Positions 14,101-62,700 of a stretch of DNA of 64,000 nucleotides are shown one piece after another. Where the stretch lies: NCBI GenBank assembly GCA_965113315.1, contig OZ220378.1. One strand, written 5' to 3'. The DNA is from Podarcis vaucheri (lineage: Eukaryota). The notes below the pieces were generated by a model that saw only the letters and a list, made by a program, of their open reading frames with translations, made no database searches and was not told the origin of the DNA. Both the position numbers and the translations under genes were made by a program. Within the stretch, counting starts at the first letter, position 1, and every line of letters starts with the position of its first letter.

Positions 14101-14138
14101 GTATGAGCTTTCGTGTGCATGCACACTTCTTCAGATAC
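14101..14138 (-). ncRNA. Minimal type-I hammerhead ribozyme motif (PLE-associated), opposite strand
   Basis: Reverse complement reads GTAT-CTGAAGA-A-GTGTG(CATG)CACAC-GAAA-GC-TC-ATAC with a 4-bp stem I (GTAT/ATAC). Confidence 0.75.
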
Positions 14139-14139
14139 A

Positions 14140-14175
14140 TATCTGAAGAAGTGTGCATGCACACGAAAGCTCATA
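14140..14175 (+). ncRNA. Minimal type-I hammerhead ribozyme motif (PLE-associated)
   Basis: TAT-CTGAAGA-A-GTGTG(CATG)CACAC-GAAA-GC-TC-ATA: CUGANGA and GAAA cores, stem II hairpin, palindromic AGCU in place of stem III, 3-bp stem I. Confidence 0.7.
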
Positions 14176-14423
14176 CCAAGAACTAACTTAGTTGGTCTTT
14201 AAGGTGCTACTGGAAGGAATTTTTTTATTTTGACTATGGCAGACCAACACGGCTACCTATCTGTAACTAAAATACCAAAGTAACTCTTTTTGAAGGAGGT
14301 AGCAAAAATAACATAGAATATACCATACATAAATTTCCCAGTTTTTGATCTCCTGATTAATATTGGAGCAGAGGGGAGCCGGGAGAGAAGTTGAATGCAT
14401 CATGGTGAATGCACTGTATAGGC

Positions 14424-14666
14424 CAGGGGTAGGCAACCTAAGACCCGGGGGCCGGAGGCAGCCCAATCGCCTTCTCAATCCGGCCCTTGGACGGTCCGGG
14501 AATCAGCATGTTTTTACATGAATAGAATGTGTCCTTTTATTTAAAATGCATCTCTGGCTTATTTGTGGGGGCATAGGAATTCATCCCCCCCCAATATAGT
14601 CCGGTCCCCCACAAGGTCTGAGGGACAGTGGACCGGCCCACGGCTGAAAAAGGGTGCTGACCCCTG
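14424..14666. mobile_element. Non-autonomous hAT transposon
   Basis: TIRs CAGGGGTAGGCAACCT / AGGGTGCTGACCCCTG; perfect 8-bp TSD GTATAGGC. Confidence 0.85.
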
Positions 14667-15325
14667 GTATAGGCCATACAAAGCAAAGCTTTTGAATAAA
14701 GGCTGTTCAGTGGCCTCTGGCTTGTTTCTTTGAGCCTGCTGTGTTAGGCATCACCTTCTTGTAAGAATTAAATTCAACTATTTCAAAAGGACAAATGAAT
14801 GCCCAGTTGTGTGTTACAACTCTTCATGTTGTTAGGGACAGGGGGAAGCCTTTCATTTCAGAGTTTGTTTTGTGATGGTGGTTTTTCAAATTTGTCTTAT
14901 CCCTGAGCATAGATGAAAAGTGGAACTTGTGTTTGATGCTTAGTATCTCACTGCTTTCCAGTATTGTGTCCTAATTTACTGATGCTTGTGTTCTGCTCTA
15001 TAGAGTAATCCTAGGCCAGGGTGAGCAATATTTGGAATGCCTAGTGGAAAGATGGAGCAAAATTTTTGCTAAAGGATTAGAATCAAGAAATTAAGTAAAG
15101 ATCTTGAATTTAATATTGCACTGCTTGATGTACGTTCTGCAAACAAATTTCTTTGAATTTGAGGATAACATTCTCAAGAGCTTCATTATAGAAGAGACCT
15201 TGAGTACACTGCTACCCAAAAGTGGCAAGATGCTTTTTTGTCCCTTATGATCAATTTAAAGTACAATACCTTAGGGGAGATGGAATTCAGTTTGCTCTCC
15301 TTATGGTTTGAGAAAGAGCAATGTA

Positions 15326-15572
15326 CCGTATTTTTCGCTCTATAAGACGCACCAGACCACAGGTCTGGAGGAGGAAAACAAGAAAAAAAATATTCTGAAT
15401 CTCAGAAGCCAGGACAGCAAGAGGGATCGCTGCGCAGTGAAAGCAGCAATCCCTCTTGCTGTTCTGGCTTCTAAGATAGCTGTGCAGCCTGCATTTGCTC
15501 CATAAGGCGCGCACACATTTCCCCTTACTTTTTAGGAGGGAAAAAGTGAGTCTTATAAACCAAAAAATACTG
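15326..15572. mobile_element. Tc1/mariner MITE (CCGTATTT-type TIR)
   Basis: TA|CCGTATTTTTCGCTCTATAAGAC...GTCTTATAAACCAAAAAATACTG|TA; internal hairpin AGAAGCCAGGACAGCAAGAGGGAT...ATCCCTCTTGCTGTTCTGGCTTCT. Confidence 0.8.
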
Positions 15573-17191
15573 TAGTTAACTGGGATGTATATTCACAGCA
15601 CAAGATGATGTGTTGATGATGTGTCTTTTGTCTACATTTACGGGCAACAGGGCATGACTTGAATAATTTTATATTATTTAACATAAAATCTGTCACTTTT
15701 ATCCCTCAAGCCACGTCCTGTTCCCCCCAGCTCTAAAGTTAATGCAGCTATTAAAATAGCTTCCATTTCAGGAACCCATTTCTGCTGCTACACTCAAATG
15801 AAAAGCATTTCGAAGTTTACAGGATAATTAGACTGTAAGTGTCTGAAAAAATTGTAGGCATTCCAGTCAACAGTTTTCCCAATTGTTGTGCTCTCCTTAT
15901 AATCTAAGGCATGCTTAGCACAAGACAAAAACTCTGCATGTCTATCACAGCTGGAATGTTGCAAAGGAAGGAAGGTATTTATTTTCTTCAGTCTATTTTG
16001 GTTTTGTTTTAAAATTTTCCTCCCCCTTTACTTTTAAATGGCACTCTTCCATTCTCCTTGAATTTTCTTTGACCCTGGAAGGATACACAGCTACCTTCCT
16101 ATTACACCACATACCCCCTTCTTCTGCTTTCACTGCTTTCACTATTTTTTGGAGGAACTAGCAAATTTGACTTGCCTAAGCTTAATGCTATCTTCTAAAC
16201 TGATTTTATGAGCTCTGATTCTAGATCACATCTCACAGTAATGGAATCATAATCTACAATGTGGGTAGAACCAGCTTTTAAATGCTAGTTGTGCAAAAAT
16301 GGAACAGTTGTTGCTGTGTGGTAAATGACAAGACCATGTATAGGCAGAATTAAGTTGATGTATTTGGAAAAATCTGGTTGTGCTTCCTCAAGGTAGCAGA
16401 ATGTTTTTGTTTTTCCTGTTATTCCTGATAAGTATTCAGATATATACATTGTTTATTTTTTAGCGTGTTACTCACAAATGTATGATCTTAAAGTGGGGTG
16501 GAGAACTGGATCTGGCCAGTGGTGGGTCAAATCCTTATTTCCTTCACTCTACCCCCAGCAACAGGCAAACTTTGACACGTAGGAAAGTTTTCCTTTCCTG
16601 CATGGTTTGAAATAAAAACTGATGTGGATAAAAGCACATGGTGTTAGTTGCAGGTGTTCGTGATCAGCTGATCGTGAGCCCTTGGAAAACCCTATGCCAT
16701 GATGGTCAGCAGTTGCAAAGTGCTGTGCTTCCTCGGTTGCACTAGGGAGTTTCCCTTTGGGGCTTGTTAGCAGAAAGTACCACTTGCAGATCAACACTTG
16801 GGCACTCAGTTTACGAACCCAGTTGCTCAAGCCATGTCTTTACCTGCCCTGCCCCTGACATCACATATGAGTGTGTTTTGGGGGAAATGGTGTCATGAGC
16901 CCAGGGGGGCACATCCTGACCTAATTAAACCTGCTGGCAAGCTGTTCCCAATCCATGGGTTAGATGGTTTCATGTTCTGATTGTACAATGCAGCTTCATA
17001 TTTCTATGCAAAATGTGGAGTAGGGTGGTAAAAAAAATGGCAACGAATGCATTGTTGTCACATCTTATTGACAAAACTACTGATTTTTGAGTGGAGTAAA
17101 ACATGCACTTGTACATTTAAATGAGGATTCTCAGCTGGGGGACATTGTTATGCTATTACTATCCTGGAGCCAGAGCAGAAGATATATAGTT

Positions 17192-17296
17192 AGGGTTGCC
17201 ATACATTCGGAATTTCCCGGACATATTCAGAATACTGCAGCCGCAAGTATACAAAACTGAAAAAGGCTCAAAAACTTTTTGAAATATGGCAACCCT
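17192..17296. mobile_element. PIF/Harbinger-like MITE (short derivative)
   Basis: TIRs AGGGTTGCCATA / TATGGCAACCCT in a TTA/TAA context. Confidence 0.65.
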
Positions 17297-19788
17297 AATA
17301 TAGTGTACTATAAGCAATGCCAAGTCTGTCCACTTTAGATCTGAAGTAGATGACCAACGGATATACCAACATACAAACACAAATTGCTACATCTGGGAGT
17401 CGTAACATCCAACTTGGACAATGACAAATTTACTTAAACATTTGCTGGCAAATAGAAGACAAGCACTTGACTTTAATCTTTCTCTGCTGCTTAAGCCACT
17501 ACATGTGAAGTATGTATACAGGTAATGAATTTTCTCCACCTACTACAAGAGATATGTGTTACCATCTGTGGCTACAGTTGTCAGATTGAAGTGAATAATG
17601 AATCTGGTTGGGAGTAAGATGAAGTAAATGGATAAACAAGAATAATCCATAACAGGCAACCATATAACATTGTTTAAAGAGGCTCAGTGAATACCACCCA
17701 GGACAGGCAACAATTAGTTTGTCTTCTCTGATTTTTTTAAAAAGCAGGTCACAAGACAGAATGTTAGCTCTGGTTAGGCTGAGGATGGCCCTCCCTTCAG
17801 ATTATAATATAATGTTAACTACCTGCCTCTGTAAATGTTTGTGTACCTTTGAACAAATTTGTTGCAATTCGAATTCATTGCTAGCATACGAGTGTTGCAG
17901 TGGACGTCTTTTTTAAAAAGTGGACTAGCCTACCTGCCTGCACATGTGCTAGCCATTTTGTGGCCTAAAACATCCTAAGTCACTTTAAAGATTCTCTGCC
18001 TGAATGCATGAAGGCAGTTCTTACTTACCACAGGGAACCAGGTGAACAACATTTGCAAGCCTGTACTATGATCTAACAACTTTAGCTACATTTTCCTAAG
18101 GCTATGTGGCCTATGCAGGGAAAACACAAGAGACAAAACATGAGGTTTGAGCTGGAAGTGGGGGAGCCATCATAAGTGATTAATTTTGAACTGACTGGGA
18201 GGGGGAAAGCGTTTTTAAATCTCCCCAAAGCCTTTATGTATACAAGATAGTAGACTTGGGCAGTCAGCCACCACTTCACACATAGCCTACTAGTACCAAG
18301 TCCCTCTCAGCCAGTGCTTAATGCAAATTTGCCTGTGTGCTGCATGTGATGAGGATGCACTTTGTCGGGATATTTGCCCTATGAAATCTTTGTCCCAGAC
18401 ACTGCCCGTGGGTTATTCTTTTTAGCATTTAGCATGGTGTTGTTTTTAAGTGCTGCTGTTTCCCAAGTCCTTCTTTCTTTTATATTTAACTTTCACTTGC
18501 CCTTAAACATAGGTGGCTGAATGCCAGCCCTTCAAAATCCACTTAGCCAGTTTCCCCTTTTAAAATGTAAAAATTGCCAGAATGGCTGTTCTCTCAAGCC
18601 TGAGGTTTAATGAAGTGTGAAGAGAGCATTGGTTAATTCCCGCCCCCCCCCCCAAAGCTCTACGTTCCATTTTTAATGGAAGAAAGGATAAACGTAGCCT
18701 TGTGAGCAAAGAGTTTGATTGATAAGGTCTGGATTTTGCTCTTTTTGATCAACCAGTAACTGGCACAGACAAGGTCCTCTTGAGAGAGGCAGATATATTG
18801 GCCTACTAGATTTCGATATGAAAGAAGCCTGGGTCCAATTCTCAGCTTGCTCTAGAACAGGGGTTCTAAGTTTTTGCAGAAAACCCCTCTTTCAATCCAA
18901 TAAAAAGAAATATAGTAACTGCAGTAAGAACAAGGTTTGTGGGGTTTTTTGGCTGATGAGACTCATCATGGCTCAATTTTGGATGCCACAACAAACCATG
19001 GTTAAGGAGGGTTACGCATGGTTTGGCGTGATGTTTGAATGGAGAAACTATAGTTAGTATCTTTTTGCTGTTCCCATGGATGCAATTGCACCACAGAATC
19101 AGGAGAGCAGACCTGGTAAAAAATGAAAGCAGGTAAACAGCTCTTAACTATGGCTTTATGTTTATGTTTGGAAGGTTGTCATGGTTTGGCGTGTTGTGTC
19201 GTCCTGGACCCAGGATCTGAGAAAACATGATTTTGGGAATCTGTAGCATGTACTAAATCAAATAGGGCACCACCTGCAATGTTTTTCAATCTTGGGTCCC
19301 CAGATGTGGTTAGACTACAACTCCTATCATCCATGACCATTGGCTAAACTGCATGGGGCTGATGGGAGTTGCAGTCCAACAATATCGGAAGCCCCAAGTT
19401 TGAAGAACACCGGAGGAAGCTGTGCTCCAAGCAGAGAGACATTCATTTTCTATATTAAATCAAGTTATATTTAAGATCAGCCCTTAGGGAATTATGACTG
19501 CTGGGACAGCTGTAAACCCAATGTTTCAGAATGGTCCTGTTTTCCCATCTGTTAAGTAAGTCTGTGGTGTTCTCTTATTCAAAATGCCCTCAAAGTGATA
19601 GAAAAGCATTGTTCCAATATTATTAGATTGGATAACAAAGGTGGATGTTAAGACATCTTTCCCTTAAGCAATTCAATCAGATCAGGTGTTTCTAATGCTC
19701 TTTTCTTGATTTTGAATAACTGGGGGTTGCATTCCCCAACCTTCCAATATTAGGTTTCTTACCCTGTTTTTTTATTTAATAAACATTA

Positions 19789-20014
19789 CAGTGGTACCTC
19801 GGGTTAAGTACTTAATTCGTTCCGGAGGTCCGTTCTTAACCTGAAACTGTTCTTAACCTGAAGCACCACTTTAGCTAATGGGGCCTCTTGCTGCTGCCGC
19901 GCCACCGGAGCCCGATTTCTGTTCTCATCCTGAAGCAAAGTTCTTAACCTGAAGCACTATTTCTGGGTTAGCGGAGTGTGTAACCTGAAGCGTCTGTAAC
20001 CCGAGGTACCACTT
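19789..20014. mobile_element. Tc1/mariner (Tigger-like) MITE
   Basis: TA|CAGTGGTACCTCGGGTTA...TAACCCGAGGTACCACTT|TA. Confidence 0.85.
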
Positions 20015-20249
20015 TATACCGCTCTTCAACAGAAACACTCAGGCTGGGTTACTATAAAAGATTCATATATAGAGTTGCTTCAGGATGTCAGGCTGAGTAT
20101 TTTTGTGAACTACAGGTTGAGTATTTATGTGATTCTGAATAAAAGCCTTTAACTTTCACAGAACTACCTTGTGGTTTCTTTGAGTGATTTGGCAAGGATC
20201 CAAAAAGCTACTTGGGACACGCCCAGTCCAATTGTCACAGATTAAAGCT

Positions 20250-20294
20250 CTGTGTGTGTGTGTGTGCGCACACACACACACACACACACACACA
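20250..20294. repeat. (TG)n-CG-(CA)n self-complementary microsatellite
   Basis: Read directly from the sequence. Confidence 0.9.
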
Positions 20295-21739
20295 TATCTC
20301 CAGCTCAAGAGCCATGTAGCAAACTATTTTGAGATGTCTCTCAGTTTCTAAAGTGCTGGGCGGGGTGCGGTGGGTGGATCCCAATCTTCGTCTATTATAT
20401 CAACCTGTGGTGGTGTTGGTACTTTCACTTATATGACATGTTCCTTTTGTGTCAAACACAACAACTTTGAAAATAAAACCCAGATATCACAGCAAAAACA
20501 GCAATCAACATTTTTTTAATACAAACAATAGCATTCCAAATAACATAGTAAAAACAAGAAAATGGCATTAACTTTGTTGTCTGAGTGGAAAGCAAATTAA
20601 ACAAACATTTCTGACAGCAAAATATAACCCAGGAAGTAGCTTGGTGGCTCTTACTCTACAAAGGACAGATAATTCTGTAGGCTATAGGCCACTCCAGAGA
20701 AGGCCTGCTTCCTAAAATTTATACACCTCTTGATTGTGAGAAAACCTCTAAGTGGTTTTCAAAAAAGATAAAACAATAAAATTAGAAATAAAACAATAAT
20801 CATACATGAGGCACAAATACCTTAGAAAATGTATATGTAGGAAATGCATATGTAGATAATTGTGGTTGATCTGAAAACATAATCCTGAGTCTTGTGGTAC
20901 ACAATCCACAGCTTGACAAGCTACAATGGGCAGTGAGGGCAGTGTTCTGCTCCTGCAGTCAGCTTCTGACTTATGTTTGATGTAGGTTAGCAGAGCATCT
21001 GTTCTGCAGTTCAGTCTCACTATGCAGCTCCATGCCTCCCTGCTTCTTGGTGTTGATCAGTCTCTTTCCCTGTCTGCCCTTTAGAATTTGCTGCTGTTAT
21101 AGGTTCATGAATTTGAGCAGATGAAAGATGGGCCATGGAAGGCTTAGGTATGATTTTGGTACATAAATGGTGCAGTCAGAAAACTTTTCCTTTTCAGCCT
21201 ACCCACCCCTTTTCCTCTTCACTGACAAAGATGGATAACAGAACCCTTAACAACAACAAAAAATTCCCTTCCTCCTCACGGCCTTCCTGTGGTCCACACA
21301 TTAGACCTAGGCTTAAGCTAGCTATTGTCAACTTGCCATCTATCCAAAAACCTCTTTCCTAAAGGGAGAATGTGTTAGTCAGTGTATAAAGTGTTAAGCT
21401 TTCCAAGTCCTAATGGACCATCAAAAGTCACCTCCATCTATATGAATCTACCTAACCCTTGAGATCTAGTGAGATTTTGCTATGCGTTCTCCTTGTCAGT
21501 GGAAGAACGGTGGGTAAATATGAGAGAATGGCCTATTCTTTGGTGCCACAGAGACAGTGGAATGTCCTGTCTGGCCTCATTGCCTCTAACCTTAAAAAAA
21601 TGATTAATATGTTTTCTGGCAGGCATTATCTGCTATACTGTTTTAATGCAGAGGTTTTACTGCTACTGTCTGTCGCAGACTGATTTGTTTTCTGTGATGG
21701 TTTTAAAATTGATTTTTGATACATTATGTTATTCTTACA

Positions 21740-21989
21740 CAGTGGTACCTTGGTTCTCAAACATAATCCGTTCTGGAAGTCCATTCAACTTCTGAAATGT
21801 TCGGAAACCAAGGTGCAGGCACCCTGCAAACAATTGGTGCAGGGGCCCTAGAAACAATAGCCGACAGTCACATCAGATGTTCGGCTTCCGAAAAGTGTTT
21901 GAAAACTGGAACACTTACTTCTGGGTTTTCAGGTGTTCGGGAGCTGGAATGTTCGAGTACCAAGGCGTTCAAGAACCAAGGTTCCATTG
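21740..21989. mobile_element. Tc1/mariner (Tigger-like) MITE
   Basis: CAGTGGTACCTTGGTTCT...AGAACCAAGGTTCCATTG|TA. Confidence 0.75.
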
Positions 21990-24677
21990 TATACTACTTT
22001 GAATATATTGTTTATAAAATGGTGGAATTAAAAATGCTAAAAGTAAAACAGGATAGTCACTTGCAGCACTTCCCACTCAGTTCTGTTTTTGTTAGCTTTT
22101 GCTGTTGAGTAACACACACTATTCTGTAGCCCTTTGGCTTTTAAACTAATTTTATTAATTTTAAACACATCAAAAAACCTTAATGAAAAATACCTGTTGG
22201 GGATTCTGAAAGAAACTGTGTCTCCTCTTTAAGTGTGAGAACTTATTTATAGATTAACAACAGAATATATTGCATGTCCTGCTAAAAGAAAATAACACTG
22301 TTAATATTGACTCAACAAATAAGCAAATTAAAGGCCCTTCAATGTGATGGGAGACTTGAGGTTTTAAGATGAATATGGATTTTAGCTATCTGGTCTTATT
22401 TTTAGAAGAGAAGCCATAGAAACATCACTTGAAAGTTGAATTCACTTTGGATACAGACTGGAAAGAAGTCATACTTTAGTTCCCTTTTGCATAAAATTGG
22501 ATGTAGGGAGGAGAAAGACGGCACATCTGTGTGGCCTGAGTGAATCTTGTAGCCCTGAATTTCTGCTTTGCTCTCATTACCACTGATAAATGGATATCAT
22601 TAATTGGATATCAATGCTTCAGTTGATTAATCAGTAGATTAAAGTGTACATTCCTAAAAGATGCCTTACAGTAATTAACTGCATCTTCTCAAGGGAAAGG
22701 CTAGTTGTCGGCTAACCTACACTTGACCTTGCTCTTAATTTAAATGAAAGCTTTGGGGACCAAAGTACAGTAGTACCGGTAATTTCTGGGTGGAGTTGGA
22801 GCCACCCTGTACTGAGTTTCCGCCCTGTGTTCAAATCCTGCTGGCACTTGTCTGGATCTTACCAATTTGAGCTAGACATATTTGAATTTTCTGTCATAGC
22901 TGCATTCTTTCTTTGCACTTCCTGCAAAAATGTCTGGGCTTTTATGTTGGACTATAAGTTTTTAACCTTGATCACAATGAGCCCACCCCAGAAGTGTGGA
23001 AGAATTGACTTGAGCTATGTAACATTGAAGGAAGACCATTCAATACCAGTGGGAACTGTGAACTTTGTATCAGGCAGTGAATGGGCAGAGTAATAGAAAG
23101 GGCTGCAAAAACCTGTGCTGTGGTGTTGAGGTTCCAAAGGGTAATTTTGCAAAGGTGAAGGTGTTGATCTGTTGGCTCCAGTGGTGGTCCATCGATGAGG
23201 AAAATATGCTTCCACTCAGACTATATTTCAAGGATCCAGGTTTTTCAAAGCCAGGATTTGTCAATTCAATCCCAAGACAGTATCAAGAGTTCAGGACCCA
23301 GGAAGAATTAGGTTGGCAGCTGGAGGAATTAAGACCTATTTCCAACCAAAATTTGTACAGCTATTTCTGATAATAGCATCTTTTCCACAGACTTGTTTTT
23401 ATGTTCTGAAAACTCTGCTACACCATTGTCAGTATTGTTGACAAGGACTGCTTGTTGACAAGGAAGAATGGGGCAAATTCAAAACGCCAGGAGAGAGTAT
23501 ATGCCTGCAGATTTAGTAATGACTGCATTAAAATAATGAAAACAAGAGCAACCATAACTTTAGCATCCAGGCATGGGAAACTTCCCTTCTAGTCTCGAGG
23601 TCAGAGATTCTGGGTTCCCTTAGGAGGAAGGTCAGAATAGAAATTGAATAAATAAAGTTCCTTTGCATAATATCCAAATGACTTAAACATTAATTTATCC
23701 AGGAAATAAACCTGTGAAAACAAGCTTCCTGCTGGTGAGCAATTAAATCTCATGAAGTTTTGAAATGTTGTGATGACATTTGTGTTCAAGTTAGGAACCC
23801 AGTTTCCTTCCTGTTCACGTGAGTTCTCTCCTTCTGTGTTGTGTGAGGTTGCATTTTTGACTCTCAAATTTGACCTCCACTTTCCCTGTAGTCATCTAGG
23901 TCCTGAAGTAGCCACACGCAAATAACTTGATTAATTATTAATACTTTATGCATAAAACATCCAAATGAAATGTTGTACCATATTTTAAACCTAGTATTAC
24001 CATTTCAGAACCTCTAGGGTTAAGCAAGCGAGAAAGTTCTAAACAGATAAAAGGCTTATTATTGTAGAAATGTTAATAGTGCAACAAGAGATTATCCTTT
24101 ATATAACATTTCCAGCATGAATTCTTAGCTTCTGCTTACATTATTATATTAACTTTATAATCTTGACAAAATGGAAAGCTTTCTAGTACACATAGAAAGA
24201 GATGTGCATGTATGTGTTGAAAAAATGAAATGAAAAGGACTTATCCTCCTGGCAAGTGCCACTTGGAAATCTGTTTTCTGTGCCTCTTGGCATACTTGAA
24301 GCTAACAGTCTGTCTCACTCAAGTTTCAATCTGAGCCAAATGGATTCAGATTGCCTACACATGGAGAATTCATGGTACGTAAAGGACAAAGTTGGTAGCA
24401 CTGCCCTGTCTCCTAAGCTGCCTTGTGTTCTGGAAGGCTGGAAGAGTGTGCTGTTCTTGATCATTTTCTTAGTAGAAATATACAGTAAAATACTGATTTC
24501 AACAGCCTTGTTTGGGGAGCTGGAAGTGGAGAGGAGAGACTGTTCCAGCTGCTTTATAGTTCAAGAAAGGGTAAACCTTGTGTTCTTTCACAACGGGCAA
24601 GTGTATTTATGTAAAGGTTTTTGTTTCAGGAGTTCCTGACCTATAATCTATGTTTTTTATTTCATTTTACTTGACAG

Positions 24678-59769
<35,092 letters not shown>

Positions 59770-62700
59770 TGACAACACGGTGGTCCCTCCTGTGTCCTCA
59801 TCACTTTGCTGCAATGCGGCATCACCTCTGTCCAAACCATCAGCCAAATCAGAGCTGTCCTGTGGTAACTTCACCCATGTTGCATTACTGTGTGTTGATC
59901 TGGTCTCGCCAGGGAGGGACCAGCCTCTGGTGCCAAGAGAGATGCTACATTTTTGTCTCCAGCCAAGGAGCCGCCCGCCAATTGCTTTCTCATATTTTTC
60001 TGCCACATCGTGTCGTGGGTGTCCAGCCTCCATCTGTGCTGAGTGCATTGCATTTTGGGAACGAATCCCCAAATATATGGATTCTCCTGGTTTCCCATAA
60101 TTCCTGGCGCACACTCCTTCTCTGAGCTGGCATGCCTGTGTCTTCCTGAAGAATGTGTTTGAGAACTTGTGGTCCACAAAACTTCGCCTTTAACAATATT
60201 GTTCTTTTTTACATTTTAGCTTTTGCTGAGCCAACCGAGAGCTTTACTGAGCACCCACTCTCAAAGTTCTCCTTTTCAACCTCAGCCTTTCCAAAAGCAC
60301 AAAGCTTGCAAAGCCCACATTGGCTGTTGTGTTAGCAACCAAACTCAACCCCATCTGGCTCTTGCCATTAGTAGGCAAGGCCCTTTTTCCTGCTGCCAAC
60401 CCACCCTGTGTCACATTGCTAGGTCAAACGTGCCAGGATGGTGGAAGGAGCCTCAGCAATCTTGCGCTGTTGCCATTCCTTGCAAAGATGAGGAGCAGAA
60501 AAGTCAGTTGTAGGGAGCTAGAAGCAGACACTTTTCTTGAACAGGCACACCCACTGCTCTCCCATGGCTGTGTCCCTTCACTCTGTCATGTTTGTACTGC
60601 TCTTTTCTTAGACTTCCCCTCATCTCACCTTCAAAGAACCACAAGTTCTTTTAAAAGAACTTAGGTCACCTAAGATACATTTCCATTTCTTTGTAAGACT
60701 CCATTTGCTAGTGTGGCATCACAGTGCAGTGAGAGGTGGGGAAGGTTGTCCACCATACTGAAGAGTTGGATAACTTCATTAGACAGCCTGTCCTGAAACT
60801 CACCCTGTTCATCTGTGTTTGGCAACAGTTCTGAGAGGTGTGTACTCCCAGCCACATGCCACAGTCAAGAGGAGAGGCTACACCTTGTTCCTCTGCCCTC
60901 TTTCTAGCTCCTGAGCCTGCCTTGTGGTGTGATGCATCTCAGCACAAGGAGATACTTTGGGGGGATCTGCTCAGCCATCTGTGCAGTCTGCTTGTCACAG
61001 CCATTTATAAGGTTGGGATCCCAGCAACATTCCTTCCCCTTTGGCATTTCAGTTTTGGGGTTTTTATTTGAAGTAGCCCCATGTTGCAGAGCCTCTGGGA
61101 ACTCTATGTGCCATACCAGAAGCAGCAGACTTTGCCAAGCATTCATCTTCTGAGCGCTCGCCTTGGCAGGCAAGAGATCAGCCTTTGCCTTGAGTCTTGA
61201 AGGGAGCAAGTTGAATAGCTGCAGGGGTTGGATGCATGGCTGAGACCAGAGGTTCCTTGACAGTGATGCAAAATAGCTTTACCAACTGCAACATAGTGAT
61301 GCTTAAGGAAGGCTGGAGAAAAGGCTACTTTTGTGTAGTAAGCCTGCACTTCAGAGGGCAGTTTTTGTGTGCTTGATATGCACTTCTGTCCCTCAAAGAC
61401 CTTCACTCCTTCCTTCTCCAAGCATTGGCACTCCTGTTTTGTTTTCTGTTTTTTTTTTTTGCTAAGGTAGTAAAACATGAAAACAAACAGGGGCCCCTGA
61501 AGCTGGTATTGCAGGGGACAAATGGGAGCCACCTTGCCTCCTCTCCTAGAGCACTTTGTCAGCAGCTCTGAGGTGCTTCCAGGGAGCTGTGCTGCTTTTT
61601 ATCTGTTCCTGACCAGCAATAAATCAAACCACCCCTACTGTGGGGTTTGGCAACACATCATCAGCCCACTTTATTGGCTGTTCGAAACGGCTTTGGGGCC
61701 ATCATAATGCTTAAGCACTTAACTGCTCGTAGCATACAGTGTGGCTCTGTCAAACAGTGGAGTATACAATCCACATTCAGTCTTTTAGATGGTTTTTAGA
61801 TTTTTGAATCCACATATATTTTCAGAGGCCCCAAAATTCAGCTTAAAGTAACTGTGTGTGTAAGCAGAGTGAAATTTTGTCTAGCTGGAAGTGGTGATTC
61901 TGGTTTCTAGGCTATTACAGTGGAAGGGGAAATGTGGAGGTGGCAGGGAGAGAGCTGGCTTTATAAATAACTCTTGAGCAATCTGCTCTGCTTCCCAGAT
62001 TGAAAGAGGACCCAGGCAAGCTGTTTGCCTTCAAAAAGTTTCTCCCCGAGGCCAGTTCTTTTAGGCTTGTCCTTGAGCCACTGCAGCTGTTTCTTGAGAG
62101 AGAGATCCCAAGAAGAATGACCATAAGTACCAGCAGCTTCGTTCACCTCATGCCCCTGGGTGGGGTGTCCCCTCCGAGGCTTAACTGGCAGTGATCCCCT
62201 GGATTGGATTGCATCCCCCTCATCGTGGATTCTCGGTGGCAGATAAAAAAAACCTGTGCACTTTCCCCCATTTCCTTCTCTTGGCTCCTGCTGCTGTGGC
62301 TATGTTACAAATGTGGCTTTTGTACTACTCTGTCCCAAGCAATGCTCTCAGAGCCACAAAGTGAACTTGATCTTGTGCGTCTGTCCTAAACACTGCAGCC
62401 CCCTGCCTCAAGGAGGAGATGTCACAGATATCTTGGCATGCTACATATTTCCTTTTGAGTTAGATCTCTCTTTGTGTCCTCCCCTGAATAAACTCCTTGG
62501 CTCAAATGTGAGAAAGGAGGTTTATAGCGATATGTCACTTACCCCACGGGCTTTGAGGGCAGGTGCTGCTTCCTCTGCATGAAAGGGAGCAGGGTGCCAC
62601 CCAGAACACGGGGTATTTAAATAAGCACAACTCTGAATATTTTCTTCCTACTTGCTCTGTAGAAATGCTTCCTGTCTCATTTTCATATTCATTTGCCTTC

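Larger units (their letters stand above)
14048..14267. mobile_element. Penelope-like element (PLE) pLTR insertion with inverted (fold-back) structure
   Basis: ~93-bp inverted arms (14044-14137 / 14140-14232); 12-bp TSD TAAAATACCAAA at 14036-14047 and 14268-14279; AGTAGCACCTTAAAGACCAAC...GAGCTTTCGTGTGCATGCACACTTCTTCAGATAC resembles reptilian PLE terminal repeats. Confidence 0.8.

Noticed and set aside
14044-14232. Long palindrome considered as a pre-miRNA or TIR DNA transposon
   Set aside because: Asymmetric unique tail, 12-bp TSD, hammerhead cores and related non-palindromic copies fit a PLE retroelement better.
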